From assembly GCA_900088475.1 (NCBI GenBank), contig FLMG01000941.1, positions 124,001-188,000 of the forward strand: a DNA stretch of 64,000 bases. Reading direction: 5' to 3'. The position numbers were made by a program, and so were the translations under genes. Numbering within the stretch: position 1 is the first letter of the stretch; each line of letters starts with the position of its first letter. Under the pieces are notes generated by a model. It worked only from the letters and a program-made list of their open reading frames with translations, was not told where the DNA came from and did not search any database. Positions 1 through 11,960 of the stretch are shown in pieces. The stretch comes from Hyphochytrium catenoides (Eukaryota > Protista > Hyphochytriomycota).

Positions 1-165
1 TGGAAAAGTAAGAGAGTTAAGAGAGAGAGAGAGCAACAGGAGGAGGAGGAGGAGAAAGCGATGAGCGATCATTTTAGGGCAGGGTGAGACACTGTTCTAG
101 ACATGCATCGTGAGAGACATTGAGTGCGAGAAGACTAATATCGGGACTCTTGCTCTATGTCAAGC

Positions 166-469
166 ATCCGCCGCCGATCAGGCAGCTCCAAAGGAGGAAG
201 CGGCGAAGCTGCAGCAGCAGGTGCAGGATCTCAAGATTGAGAATGAGCAACTCAATGCCAAACTGAGAGCCGCCCTTGAGGAGATTGAAAGACTCAAAGC
301 AGGAGGAGCACCGACGCCGGCCATCAGCGAACCAAAAGACGCCGAGGCCCGTAGTGCAGCGGTAGTTGATACAGAGATGGTATCGCACTCCACGCCAAGA
401 CAGAAGCTCCAAGAAGCTCGCATGCAAGATGCGTCAATCAATAGTAGCGATGGCGCAGCACCCTCGTGA
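166..469 (+). CDS. Last exon of a coiled-coil protein gene that starts upstream of the window
   Basis: Heptad-like segment KLQQQVQDLKIENEQLNAKLRAALEEIERLK, with TGA at 467-469. The 5' boundary (probably the AAG acceptor near 165) is uncertain. Confidence 0.5.
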
Positions 470-1442
470 GTGACTCCTTGCCTATAGACGTAAAAGAAGA
501 ACAAATACCTGGAGCTGGGGGCCATCTCTACTTCGACTAAACGGAGTGTCTGCTATTGAGGAGGATAGAGCGGAACTAGCGATTAGAAAACAAAGTCCTT
601 ATAAACTCCAGCGAGTGCTGACAACAATCAACAAAGGGTACAGTCTTTCTTCTCCGATATGAGTGAGTCTGTCTTTTATTTTCCCCTTTCACCGACTTTC
701 TCCTGCCTCGGCATGTGATGGCAGCAAGAGACTCTCAAGACCGGAGGTCAGTGCACACCCAAGCTTCTTCAGCGTTTCTTACAAATGCAAAGAGATAATG
801 ATAACCTCCAAGCTTGTGTTGACCAAACAGTTGTAGCATCGAGCTTGTAAGGTCGTAGGGAAGCTCCATAATTCGCTACTTTCTCATAGAGTTTTTTGCG
901 GATGAAGATCATCGTAGATTTGTTATCACTGACAGCAGGAGCCGGTAACCGCCGCCAAGGACCCTACTGATTATAATATCAAATCAAAGAGTGAACATTA
1001 TCAGTAACCAGTATTTAGTTATGGCAATAGATTTTGTGATATCTTGCGGGCATTTCCTGTTAGGAGACAGAGATTTCAGACGCAGACTGTGTCTGCAACT
1101 TGATGATGATCGATCTTTCTTGCCTGTGTCTTTGACCTTTTGCGGGTGAGTGCGCGTCTGCACTGGGAAACGTCATCTTCTGTTCTGTGTGAGGAAGGCT
1201 GTGAGGCTGTTGAATGCTAGTGTCCTTCTGCGTCTGAGCTCTCTTAATCAAGTGCGGTCTGGCTCACCCCGTTCCCGCGAGTGGGAGTAGCTTATCGGCC
1301 TTTCTGGCTGCCTGGAGAACAGTAAGCGCTGGGAGAAGGAGGAGAAACTCTCGAAATGTAGAGGGAGCTAACCGTGTACTTCCTGCTAGGAGTGCTGGTT
1401 CTCAAGAGGTAAAAGTGGTCTCCCTGACCTTGGAAGGCAAAG

Positions 1443-4400
1443 ATGGCTGTGGAGGGCGAGGGGCAATATTGGCTTGTCGCTGTGCCAAATGAGCACGGCA
1501 ACTCATCTGAGTCAACGTTTAGCCTAATCAGAGAGAAGACAAGCTCACGGGCAAATGACTATGCAGGTGCTTACGACCCTTTCCGAAGGTAGCTATCTGT
1601 TAAGCTAAACCGATTCTCTCCCGCTTGCTCGCCTAGAATGTTATAAGGTCTCTATCCCGTCCGATCTTTTGGTTGGCACTTTGGACTCTCTAATGGTAAG
1701 ATCAACGGAAGCTCATTTCCCATAAGGCTTGCCAACTCTGCGCCAGAGCCAAAAAGAAGAGATAGATGTCCTCATAGCTTTATAACGGTACAGGCTTTGA
1801 GCGATGAGCTCGGTAAAGTGGATATGTCCGTTGAGAGCGTGGTCAAGAAGATTGAGAGGCAGTATAAGGAGCTCGTTGCTAAGTCAGACGACCACCTGAC
1901 TGTGGATGGGGGTGAGTAAGGAAGAAGCATGCATTTCTCTATAACACTCGCATTGCAGTACTCTTTTCCTAGCCTATTCGGCTCATAACTCTATGGGCTT
2001 CTCTGTGCGTATGAGCTCTGTTGAGCTCTTGTTTCTCCTCTCTGTATCTCTCTTTCCTTCCTCTCCCTTCACGTTATCACACCTCGGTGATTCCTCGTCC
2101 TAGATTTCCGCCTTCAACTTGTTCCCTTTCGCTCGCTGATGGTCACTGGTCTTCAGTGCCTGTGGATCGTTACCTGCACAATTTTGCGTGGGATGAAGCA
2201 AAGCATCCCCATCGGCGGCCCTTACCAGACATAGTGAAGGTCATCCAGGCGGTACGAACTTTGAGGACTCTGTGCTTCCCTCTTCCCCTTGATTTCTAGA
2301 ATTTTTTTTCCCATCTCATCTTCTGCCTCTAGGGGTGGTCCGCCAGAGCACTTTCCTCTCTTCCCAACACCTCTCCTGCTCTCTTGATTGCGTCTGTCTC
2401 TCATTCTGACTTCTCCTGTGCTAATGTCGTCATGATTGTGGTTGTTGTTGCCATATGTTTTTGCACAGACAATGGGAAAGGTTGAAGAGGAGCTTAAGCA
2501 ACTGGCTCAAAACTTTGCTGAGACCAAACAGCAGCTGAGTGCTCTCAGCAAGAAGAAAGGGTGCGAAGATATCTCTTCCTGACACCTTCTCCCTCTTTGG
2601 TTTCTCTTTTCTCGTCCACCGGTTCCCCATCGCGCTGTCCTGGCTCTTCCTCTGAGAGCCTCCTTCCTACTTGGCCTTTGACCACCTCCAGGTCGCCCTC
2701 GAGAGCCACTCAGCTGGCCGTTCGTGGTCGTACTCTCTTCTCTCCCTCTCACTCTGTGCTTGTAGGGGCAATCTGATGGTAGCCAACCTGGAAGATATCT
2801 TGACCCCTGACATCGTTTCCAAGGAGGACTTTATCAACACTGAGTACCTCGTGACCGTTGTGGTCGTCATGCCTAAGTACTAACAGAGCAATTGTAGAGG
2901 TGGAAGCGGAGATAGTTCTAATGTTATGACTGGGTTCTAGGAATCTGGAGAAGGATTGGCTGAGCACTTATGAGAGCCTTGGCTCTGCCATCGCCAACTA
3001 CGGCCCAGAGGGAAAAAGAGACCAGTACAAGGGATCTCCCGTGGTGCCAGGATCCACAAAGTAGGCCTCTCAGAGACCGATCTCTGCAATGCTTTGCTTG
3101 TTTAGTTCTTTGGGGGTTTGCGTTAGCATAGCCTTGTGGCTTTCGCGGTCGGTTGGTCCTACGACGCTCTTCTTTCCTGACATCTTTCTCTAAGGAGCTC
3201 CCAACTTGTCCGAGGTCGCTCTCCTCATTCTGCTCTTGAAACAAGTTCCACTCACACATATTACCCTCTGTTTTGCATTGTGGACATAACGATGGCCTTT
3301 GACTGTCAATAGGAAGCTGACGGAAGATGGAGACTTTGTAGTCCACTCATGCACAATTTTAAGAGGCCAGTACAAGGTACACCTTCTCTTTTTGCTACTC
3401 TAGCTCTTTCTGGCCATTCTTTACTTCTCCCTTCTTCTGGTATCATCATCTGGTTCGTTCCTTCTCTCCAGTCTTTGCCTCAAAGTAGGCTAATAACCGC
3501 TGCTTTCACGCTCGTGTTCCCCTTAGCCTGGCTTTATCGATGACGAGGGGAACTATGAGCATGGATCTACCATTGACTACGTGGAGGAATTTAAAAAAGA
3601 GGCGAGAGAGAAGAGGTACATCTTCGAGTGGACCCTTTGGCCGTGATATCTCTCTCTTGTCATCCCCATAGATAGTAGCAGATTGACTGGCTAGTTCCTC
3701 ATCATTTATTCTCTGTCGCGTCGGTAGCCTCTACCTGCAATTTGTCTCTTGTGGATGCTTACTTGCTAACATGCTCTTGCTTTCCCGCCCCCTTTCTCTC
3801 TCTCTTGCTATCACATGTCATGTTGTTCGCAGATTCGTTGTTCGGGACTTTGTATTCAATCCCACCGCACATGAGGATAACGTGAAAAAGATAGCAAAGC
3901 TTGAGGTTGACGTTGACCGTCTCCAGGTAGGTTGTGCTGTAGCGCAATTTAGAGTTAAGGCCTCGTTTGTCCGTAACTTCGTGCACTCATATTGAATGCT
4001 GACAGGGAGGACTCATCCGCTGGTGCAAAGCTCACTTTGGGGAGGCAATGATAGCCTGGATGCATATTAAGGTGAGAAGGGCAGGATAGGACGACTGATG
4101 GCAGAAAGACGTGAGTGTGAGTGTGGAAGGCGATGAGATGATGGAAGCCACTCCTGTGAAGATGGTAGAGGGTTATAGCTGATTGACAGGTAATTAGGAC
4201 GTGGAGAAAGAAGGAAAGGTCTAGTGCAAACTAGCGGCAAGAGAGACGGGGTCCTACTACTGATAAGGAGAGTGATGTCTAGAGGCCGTGGCTAATTCCT
4301 GTGTCTCTCCAGGCCATTCGGGTCTTTGTTGAGTCTGTGCTGCGCTATGGACTGCCCGTAAACTTTGTGTCAGTGCTCTTCAAGGTAAGCGATCCCAAAT

Positions 4401-4741
4401 AAAAAAAAGGAGGGGGGGNNNNNNNNNNNNNNNNNNNNNNNNNNNNNNNCTCTCTCTCCCTCTCTCTCTCTCTTCTCTCCCCTCTCTCTCTCTCTCTTCT
4501 CTCCCCTCCTTTCATTTTTTGTGAGCTGTATAGCTTAGCTTAACCTTCATGATTTCTTTGTCTACCTTCTGTGTAGCCTCACAGAAACAAGGACAAGAAG
4601 CTGAAGGATGCACTGACAAAGATGTACGCACACTTGGACCCAGGCTACGCGGGCGCTTCGGGAGGGAAAGAAGATTCAGTGTCGGGATTGGGAGGAGGAG
4701 GAGATTTCTACCCATACGTCATAACCACAATAAATGTCTAA
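1443..4741 (+). CDS. ATP6V1C: V-type proton ATPase subunit C (13 exons)
   Basis: Twelve GT-AG introns splice in frame: [111 protein letters not shown], FYPYV, then TAA. These are hallmark VMA5/ATP6V1C motifs. Confidence 0.97.
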
Positions 4742-5417
4742 CAGAGGGCCGTCGCTCCTCTGCCCATATTTCCCATGGGGCTCTGCATGGGCGGTTAGAG
4801 TCTTTAGTGTTCTGGAGGAGTGGTCAAGAGGATCTGAAGAACTGACGGGGCTCAAGAGGTTGACAGGCGCTGTGGAGGGCATACAGGGAAGAGGGTGAGG
4901 GAGAGGAGAGAACGGGGAGTGCTTAGTGTAGAGAAGGATAGGTCTGTGCAAAGAAGGTGGAGGACACAGCATGCCGATATTTCAAGCTGGAGGATGGAGC
5001 AGTTGGCTCTTGAGTTATGCTCAACTCCTCCTAGCGCTCAGAGGAGAGCAAGAGAAGTGTTGTTGAGTAGCGGCCCTTTAGAGAATGAGAAAGAAGACGG
5101 TTGGCTTTGTTTGGATCTTTGTAGACAGATGATCACTGATGTCTTCAGTCTGTTAGAGCTCACAGCCTTTCATACTGTTGAATTGAACTTATGGAAGGCA
5201 ACGACTGACGTGTGCATCCTCTTCTCTCTCTCTCTCTCTCTCTCCTTCACTATCTCACGCTTACTCTCTTTTCTTTCACTCTCTCTTCCTTTTGTTTTTC
5301 TCTTTCTCTCTTCCGCTGTCCTCTGCTGCCTCAGTGCATTCCTGATGACGTTTCTTGCTTCCTGGGAGCCGGAGCTCGCGTTGCTCTCCTCCTGATTATT
5401 GCCTGTCACTCCCTCGT

Positions 5418-7309
5418 CTATTCACTCTTTCCCTCCTGCTCTTTTGTCTCTTCCACTTCTTGGGTCTTCTCCTGCTCTTTGGTCTCTTCCTCTTCTTGGG
5501 ACTTCTCCTGCTCTTTGGTCTCTTCCTGCTCTTTGGTCTCTTCATCTTCCTTGGTTACTGCCACTGGCCCTTCATTTTGTCTAGACTCCTCCTGGTCCTT
5601 CCTGTCTCCCTGCTTTGTCTCTTCTTCGTCGTTTCTCTCTTCTTTTTGCTCTTCCTCGTCCTCTTTCTGCGCTCTACTCAATGAAGGGTGTTTCTTCATT
5701 TTCCTACGCGATGGAGAGCTAGTCACCTTCTTTTCTGTTCTCTTGACCTCCTCGTCCACCGGAGGTTCCACCTTTATTTGCCTCAGAAGAAGAGCGCCAA
5801 CCACTGAGAGGCCAACAACAGCGAGAACAGCGCCAGTTAGAGAAAGAACAGCATGAGCTGCCGCGAGATCCTGTTTGCCAGCAGAAAGAGAGGGAGAGGG
5901 AAAGGCAGAAGAGGAATCTGAGAGACGGAATCTCTGCCTGCAGTCCCTGACACCTTCTAGGAGAGGACATTCGCCGTCATCAGAAAGTGGATAGCAGTCA
6001 TACTCCTCCGGGCCTGCTCCCTGTCCTGACTTTCCTACTAGACAAGGATACTGAGCCATTTCCGAGGTCCAGCCAGAGAATCGTTGTCCCCCAGGCGTAG
6101 TGCAGCTAACATTCACGGAGGTATGAGGACAGGAGGAAAGGGAAGAACGGGAGAGGGAGAAAGAGGGATCTACATAGCCAGAGACAGATCCTAGCATGTG
6201 TGTCTCCATGTAATGACGGGCGCTGGCTGCTAAAAGGCAGTTTTTCTCTGTGACCATCTCACCCTCGATGGTCCATCTCCCTCTCCACGTGAATGCCTGG
6301 CAGCTTTCTCTCTCTGAGCACTGAGAGCAGCACTCCTCCAGGCTCGACGTGAAGATTAGCGTGTGATTCTTCTCTTGGTCTGCAAACAAGTCAGTGTCCC
6401 GCTTGATTACTGGGCAGAGGCTGTCCATGTCGTGGCTGACTGACGCGGTAGGGGAAGAAGAAGAGTCTGAAGAGGAGCGAGGGAGAAAGAATGCCCAGAC
6501 GTGCACGCTTCCTCCTCTTCTCATCACTTCTTTGACCAAACAGCCGCTCCATGACTTTCTGGGAGACTCCTGAAGAGAGGCGAGAAGCCGATAATGTCTC
6601 TCATCCACAGGAGAGACAGCGGGGTCCAGGATGCACTCCCTTGAGATCTGGGTTTGAAGGAAGTAAAGGAAAGTAAGAGAGAGAGAGAGAGAGAGAGGCC
6701 GTCAATAGCGGTTCTAAAGAGTCTGATGGGCGACTCAGAAGGGAGAGGAGAGGGGAGGGACGCATCGTGTATACAACGGAGGGCTGGAAGCAAAAATGTA
6801 ATGAGAGACGGAACAAGGAACAGAGCAGAAACAGAGGGATAGAGAGAGAAGGAGAAAGAGAAAGAGATAAGACAGAGCACTCCATAGTCAGAGCCATCAA
6901 ATTCCAATCCTCTAACCTCGGAGAACGGCATGGACGGGCGGATGATCTTGGGCTTGGAGTCGGCAGAGTGATTGCCAACAAAGCTAAAGTTCTGCTGTTG
7001 CTGACCACGAATGAAGCCTTTGGGCAAGCTGAACTCCAGGTCAAATGCTTGCCCATCCGAGAACATCCTGTCCTGAGTTGCTGCCCGTACAAGGGAAGGA
7101 GAACTCTTCCATGGCCGGGCGAAGGTCGCTATGACCGTCTTATAGTGGTAGGAAGAGGGAGAAGCTGTGTCTCTTTCTTTGGCCGTCTCTGTTCGAAATC
7201 CAAGGCTCAGTGGCTGCGGCTGCTCTGGGAGTGGTTTGATGGTCCGAATGTTCAGTGCCAGAGCAGAGGAGGAAAGAAGGCAGAGCGTAGCGAGACAGAG
7301 TGCCTGCAT
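5418..7309 (-). CDS. Type I membrane protein with signal peptide, PAN/Apple domain, Cys-rich module, TM helix and acidic repeat tail (2 exons, about 552 aa)
   Basis: Exons 7309-6881 and 6647-5418 join in phase 0 across a GT-AG intron. Signal-like start MQALCLATLCLLSSSALA. PAN-like SSLEECCSQCSERESCQAFTW..NCLL..SVSG. TM segment AVLSLTGAVLAVVGLSVVGALLL. Confidence 0.75.
5425..5555 (-). repeat. Coding tandem repeat encoding EETKEQE(K) units
   Basis: Repeated cctgctctttggtctcttc units on the + strand. Confidence 0.85.
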
Positions 7310-8443
7310 TCTTGCTGTTTCTAGGCCTAAGCACAAGCTTCGTAGCTTACGAGACTCTTTTCTCCAGCGAAGCGAGAGAGATTGGGTCTGTTGGGCCTCA
7401 GGATTGGAAGGACCGCTAGCTGCAGAGCCTGGGACTGCGATGAAACAAGATGGAAAGATAGACAAGCAGAAGATCTGCTCTCTCTAGGCTGTTGGACCCC
7501 CGAGCAGGCAGGCACAGGATCAGTGACCAAGACGAGACGGAAGAAGCTCAAGGAGAGGAAGACAGGAAGTAAGTAGCCTAGAGGTAAGAGGAAGCAGTCC
7601 CTCGAGAAGAAAGAGGGAGACTGGGTGATGTAGATCGACGAATAGCGAGACAGAGAGAGAACATTGATGAGGGTGCTTGAGTAATGTGAGTAAGATGGAA
7701 GAGACGAAGGAAGAGGGACAGAGCGAGAGAAAGCGAGCGAGCGAGCGAGAGAGAGAGAGAGAGAGAAAGGGAGAGAGAGAGAGAGAGAAAGAGAGATAAA
7801 GCAAGAGGAANNNNNNNNNNNNNNNNNGAGAGAGAGAGAGAGAGAAGAAAGAAGAGATGAGAGTGAGGGGCCATCAAAAGGGAGGAGTCACGCCCAAAGA
7901 ATCAGATAGGCTTGGGAAGAGTTGCGGCTGTTCGCATACCGTCGGCCTGATCTGGAATACCGCAAGGAACGCTTACGATGTCGAGAATAAATACTTTTGT
8001 TGTACACAATCGGTCATAAGAATCATTACTCGTGGTCCCTGTTAGATTTCTCCGCCTGATCCTCAGAAGCTCGGCTCTGTCAATAATGAGAAGACGAGGA
8101 AGCTTTGCATCTTCATTATCGGTTTTTAGTTCTAAACTTCTCTGTAAGTGCTCGCTCTAAACGACTTTCATCGGCTCTCTGAACCTCTGCCATCCTGTCT
8201 GTTGGCACGGTCAACCCTTGCAAGGACAGAATATCAAGTCTTCCCTTCTGCAGAAATGGGATCTTCTTGAGGCCTCGCCCCAGCCTCATCCTTTGTCCTG
8301 GCTGAGAGTCTAGAGAATGGATTCCTTCCGTTAAGAGACAGACAAAACACTTCCTCCTACCATTCTTGGCCCCAGTCAAGTCGCCGTAGACGGGACTGCT
8401 TGTTTTGTCTAAAGCATTAGCTGCTAAGTCAGCACTCTCTACT

Positions 8444-9743
8444 ATGGCCTACACTCTTCGTCACCTTCGAAGAAAGCAGGAGATAGATCAGGCAATCAAA
8501 CAAACGAAGGATAAGGTCGTTTTCCACTGACAACTATGACTGCTTCCCTGCTCTAACGTTCCCAGCCGCTTTTGTTCACAGGTGTTGGTGCTAAGGTTTG
8601 GAAGACAGGAAGATGTAGTCTGCATGCAACTGGACGAAATTGTGAGCACACTTCTGACGCCTCCTCTGCATGTCCTGAGAAAGTGGCCAGAGCTGCAGAG
8701 TTTCTGCTTTTGATGCTTCGATTCTAAAGGAGCCTCGCCTTGCTAAGCCATCTTCACGCGCCTCCTGCTTCTTTGATTGTCTTAGAGATGCGTGTTGAAT
8801 CTAAGGAAGCTCCCCACCTCCGCATCATCTTCTAATATCTGCAAATCTGTCAGTTGTCTAAGTGTCAAGATCAGCTGGGAAAAATGGCTGAAATCTATCT
8901 GATCGAAGCCGAGGAGGCTCCCCTTTACGTCCAGTACTTTGACATCACTCTTATACCCGCTACGATCTTCTTCTACAAGGGAGTGCACATGAAGGTTGAT
9001 TATGGGTGAGATAGCTGGTTAGCTCTTCCAAGACTATACACTCTACATTCTCCCTCGAAGCTCCTCACACTTTCCCTAGCGCACGTCGAGGTGCGCTATC
9101 TTCTTAATCCATTCACGAGTCATGCAGCATACCAGCTTTTTGTCTATCTTCTTTCACCAAAGCCCATGTGATGTCCTCCTTAGCTGATCCGCAGCATCCG
9201 TAATCTCCTCCTAGTACCCCGGATCATACCAAGTTTATAGGCTCATTTGTGACAAAGCAAGACTTCATCGACTTAGTAGAGGTACGAGTGCCGTCCTCCT
9301 TCCAATGGATCGCCCGCCCTTTTGCATATTCCGCTTCGCATTGTACAACTACATTACGTCCATCTCCTGCCCCAGCTTTTATCTAGCTTTCCGCTTTCTT
9401 TCTTACGTGTCTATAGAGGTTCCTATAGGTTAAGCTTCCTATATTCTCCTAAAATGAATGTATTCAGGTCATTTGTCGAGGGGCTACTCGAGGTAAAACG
9501 ATTGTCACAAGCCCCATCGATCCCAGCAGAGTTCCAAAGTAAGAGTTAAGAAGACTGGCGGCCACGGCACCACCGTCTGATACACGCTTTATCGACCTCA
9601 AGGCACCTTCATGTTGCTTTTCTTGGGTTACTATATACTGTGACCGTCTTCACTTATCGCACCTGAGGATGATACCTTTCTCAACCCCAATCGCTGACCC
9701 TTCTCTTTCGCGCAGGTACGAGCTAATCTATAAGGGAATCTAG
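8444..9743 (+). CDS. TXNL4B: Thioredoxin-like protein 4B (Dim2/DLP), U5 snRNP-associated, 149 aa, 6 exons
   Basis: Exons 8444-8515, 8582-8641, 8854-9005, 9215-9281, 9468-9538 and 9716-9743 total 450 nt. The protein ([105 protein letters not shown]) carries the Dim2 signature HMKVDYG-x-PDHTKF, not the Dim1 HIMIDLGTGNNNK signature. Confidence 0.95.
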
Positions 9744-11334
9744 ACTAAGTCTACCGAAGCTCTAGAGCTCGGAAAGACCCGGGACGGATCAAGGAACAGA
9801 AGGAAAGAGTGGACCAGTTTTGGCGTTCCTCGTCGCCACCTCGTGTGACGAATTGTGCGAATCCACCTTAGCACACTCCATACGAGAGTCGAGGAGACCA
9901 TATAAGAGAGGACCAAGAATAACGAGCAGTATTCTAACTCCAAGGAGGAAGGGGGAAGACAAAAGGAGATAGACAGGAAAGGTGTAGTGGTAGCCAACCA
10001 TATGGGCAGTCAGCCTAGACTGTCAATGAGAGACAAAAAGAGACCTGGGCGTCCCCAGAATGATTAATTATACAGGAAGAGACAAGACCGGCCTAGACTT
10101 GAAGCATAAAAGCATGGCCGGGCGTAACGGCAGGTGCGCGAGAGACGCGACAAAGCCCATGGAGGCCCTCTGCTTTACTGACCATAACTGCCTTCGAAGC
10201 GATATACACCTGATTCTTATTTAGGCTGTTCTGTCTTGGTAGTGATTGGCTCTTCTACCATCATCCCCGTATTCATTATAGACAACACCTGCTTCATTCC
10301 TGAAACATCTCTACTTTCTTCCCCCATAGGTTGTCCTTATCCACACGACAGAAATTCCTCGTTCAGAACTTCCTCATTCTGGAGCACACTTGTCCTTTGT
10401 CTAACATTATCAATATGCTAAGCAAAACAGAGTTCAAAGCCTCGTCCATCCTCTCATCCCTGCACTGTGCGTTGCTCCTGGCTGTCTGAGAATGGCCCCG
10501 ACAGAGCTAAATGACTGTCATCTCATCAGCAGGTACTCTCTATCGATTCTCTGTCTGCCTTGCCAGTGCCATCACTGCGCCTGTCTCCTGATTATGTAAC
10601 CAACATCTGGGAGGCGGAACACCTTTAGGGATCTTCACAGACGAAGATAAAATGGATGAATACATGCTCAATTATTGAAAAAGGTACGTTTTAGAAAGTT
10701 ACTAGTACAGCCCACCATATAATTTTAAATAATTCTTTTATAAAAAAGAATATTGGGTGTTTTATTGTATTGGCTTTGATTGTTGCGGAATATGTTTGGC
10801 AAGAGTCTGAAAGTCCAAAGGAGCAGGAAGGGAAATTGTTGCCCATCAACTGACGGTGTGGCTTGCCCTTCAGAATTCCCTATAATATTCTTAGGAGTAA
10901 GGAGCTTCAACCAACTCTGTCTGGTTCTTGTCTTCTGCCTCTGTCTCTCCCTCATTTACGATCTGTTTCTCGCTATGTCATTCTCTGTTGATGCTATTCT
11001 ATGGATTTATCTGTTTGTTAGCTCTCTCTGTCTCTCTGCAGCGGTATCTCTCACCCTGATCATTCTCCATGATTCCTTTCCTTCTGACTACTTTGTATAT
11101 CTTGCTTAATTCTGTCTCCCTCTATGTATCTCATGCCTCTCTTCCTTGCACTTATGTATCTTTAAGCGCCTTACAAGTATCTGTCACCGATATCTACCTT
11201 CTAAATTGTACATCTCTTTCACTCTGTCTGACATTTTACCACCCTTTGCCCCTGGCTGTTTTTGCCCACCTTTCCCTTTTCTCTTCCCACGCTTCCTACC
11301 CCTAGGAACCTGAGATCACTTCTTCCAGTCTCCC

Positions 11335-11510
11335 AGCTTCTCTTTCTCTTTCTCTTTCTCTTTCTCTTTCTCTTTCTCTTCTCTTCTCTCTCTCTTCTCT
11401 TCTCTCTCTCTCTCTCTCTCGCTCTCTCTCTCTCTCGCTCGCTCGCTCGCTCTCGTTCTTGCTCCCCCACTCTCGCTCTCTCCCTCTCTCCCACTCTCTC
11501 CCACCTCTCG
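11335..11510 (+). repeat. (CTCTTT)n + (CT)n + (CTCG)n compound microsatellite
   Basis: Read directly from the sequence. A similar (CTCTTT)n run lies at about 34250-34300. Confidence 0.9.
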
Positions 11511-11752
11511 CTCCTCAATCATCGTCTCCAGCCCACCCGTGATCAAAGGAAGAAAGGAAGTCTCTGTCAAGCTTATCTGTCCGAAAAGCTTCAAATGCTC
11601 AATCTTCATCCGCCTTTGCCGATAAAACTTAAAGTCAACGGCTGTCTCTTCCTCGTTCGTTTCCTGACGCTTTGTTAATTCATTAGTCTAGATACTCTCT
11701 CGCTCTTCTTTACCTGCTTCTCCATCGCCGTCCGTCTGTTGGTTCAGATAGG

Positions 11753-11907
11753 ATGATTCGACCATCGAATCAGGTAGAGGAGGCGGACGGCCAGAAGCCC
11801 CAAGGCTCGCGATTGCAGAATATTGCCCTTTCAAAGAAGTTAAACCTGCAGACCGTAGATCCCAAGGCGCAAGGGCCGGAGGTTCCTGAGGCAGCAAGTA
11901 AGCACGT

Positions 11908-11960
<53 letters not shown>

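Noticed and set aside
4419-4449. N runs (also 7811, 16698, 34301, 34793, 46055 and 47330)
   Set aside because: These are assembly gaps at simple repeats, not biological features.
1567-4577. Introner-like repeated introns
   Set aside because: By eye I saw no shared sequence or terminal repeats between introns beyond simple CT tracts. An all-vs-all alignment would be needed to exclude this fully.
10430-10690. Exon-like segments with GT/AG boundaries upstream of the tail-anchored gene
   Set aside because: The joins I tried hit stop codons. They may be 5'UTR exons but are not supportable as CDS.
11219-11678. Many ORFs made of RERERE or SLSLSL runs (also about 16176, 34169, 44337-46412 and 60224-60759)
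   Set aside because: They are translations of (GA)n/(CT)n microsatellites, which lack stop codons.
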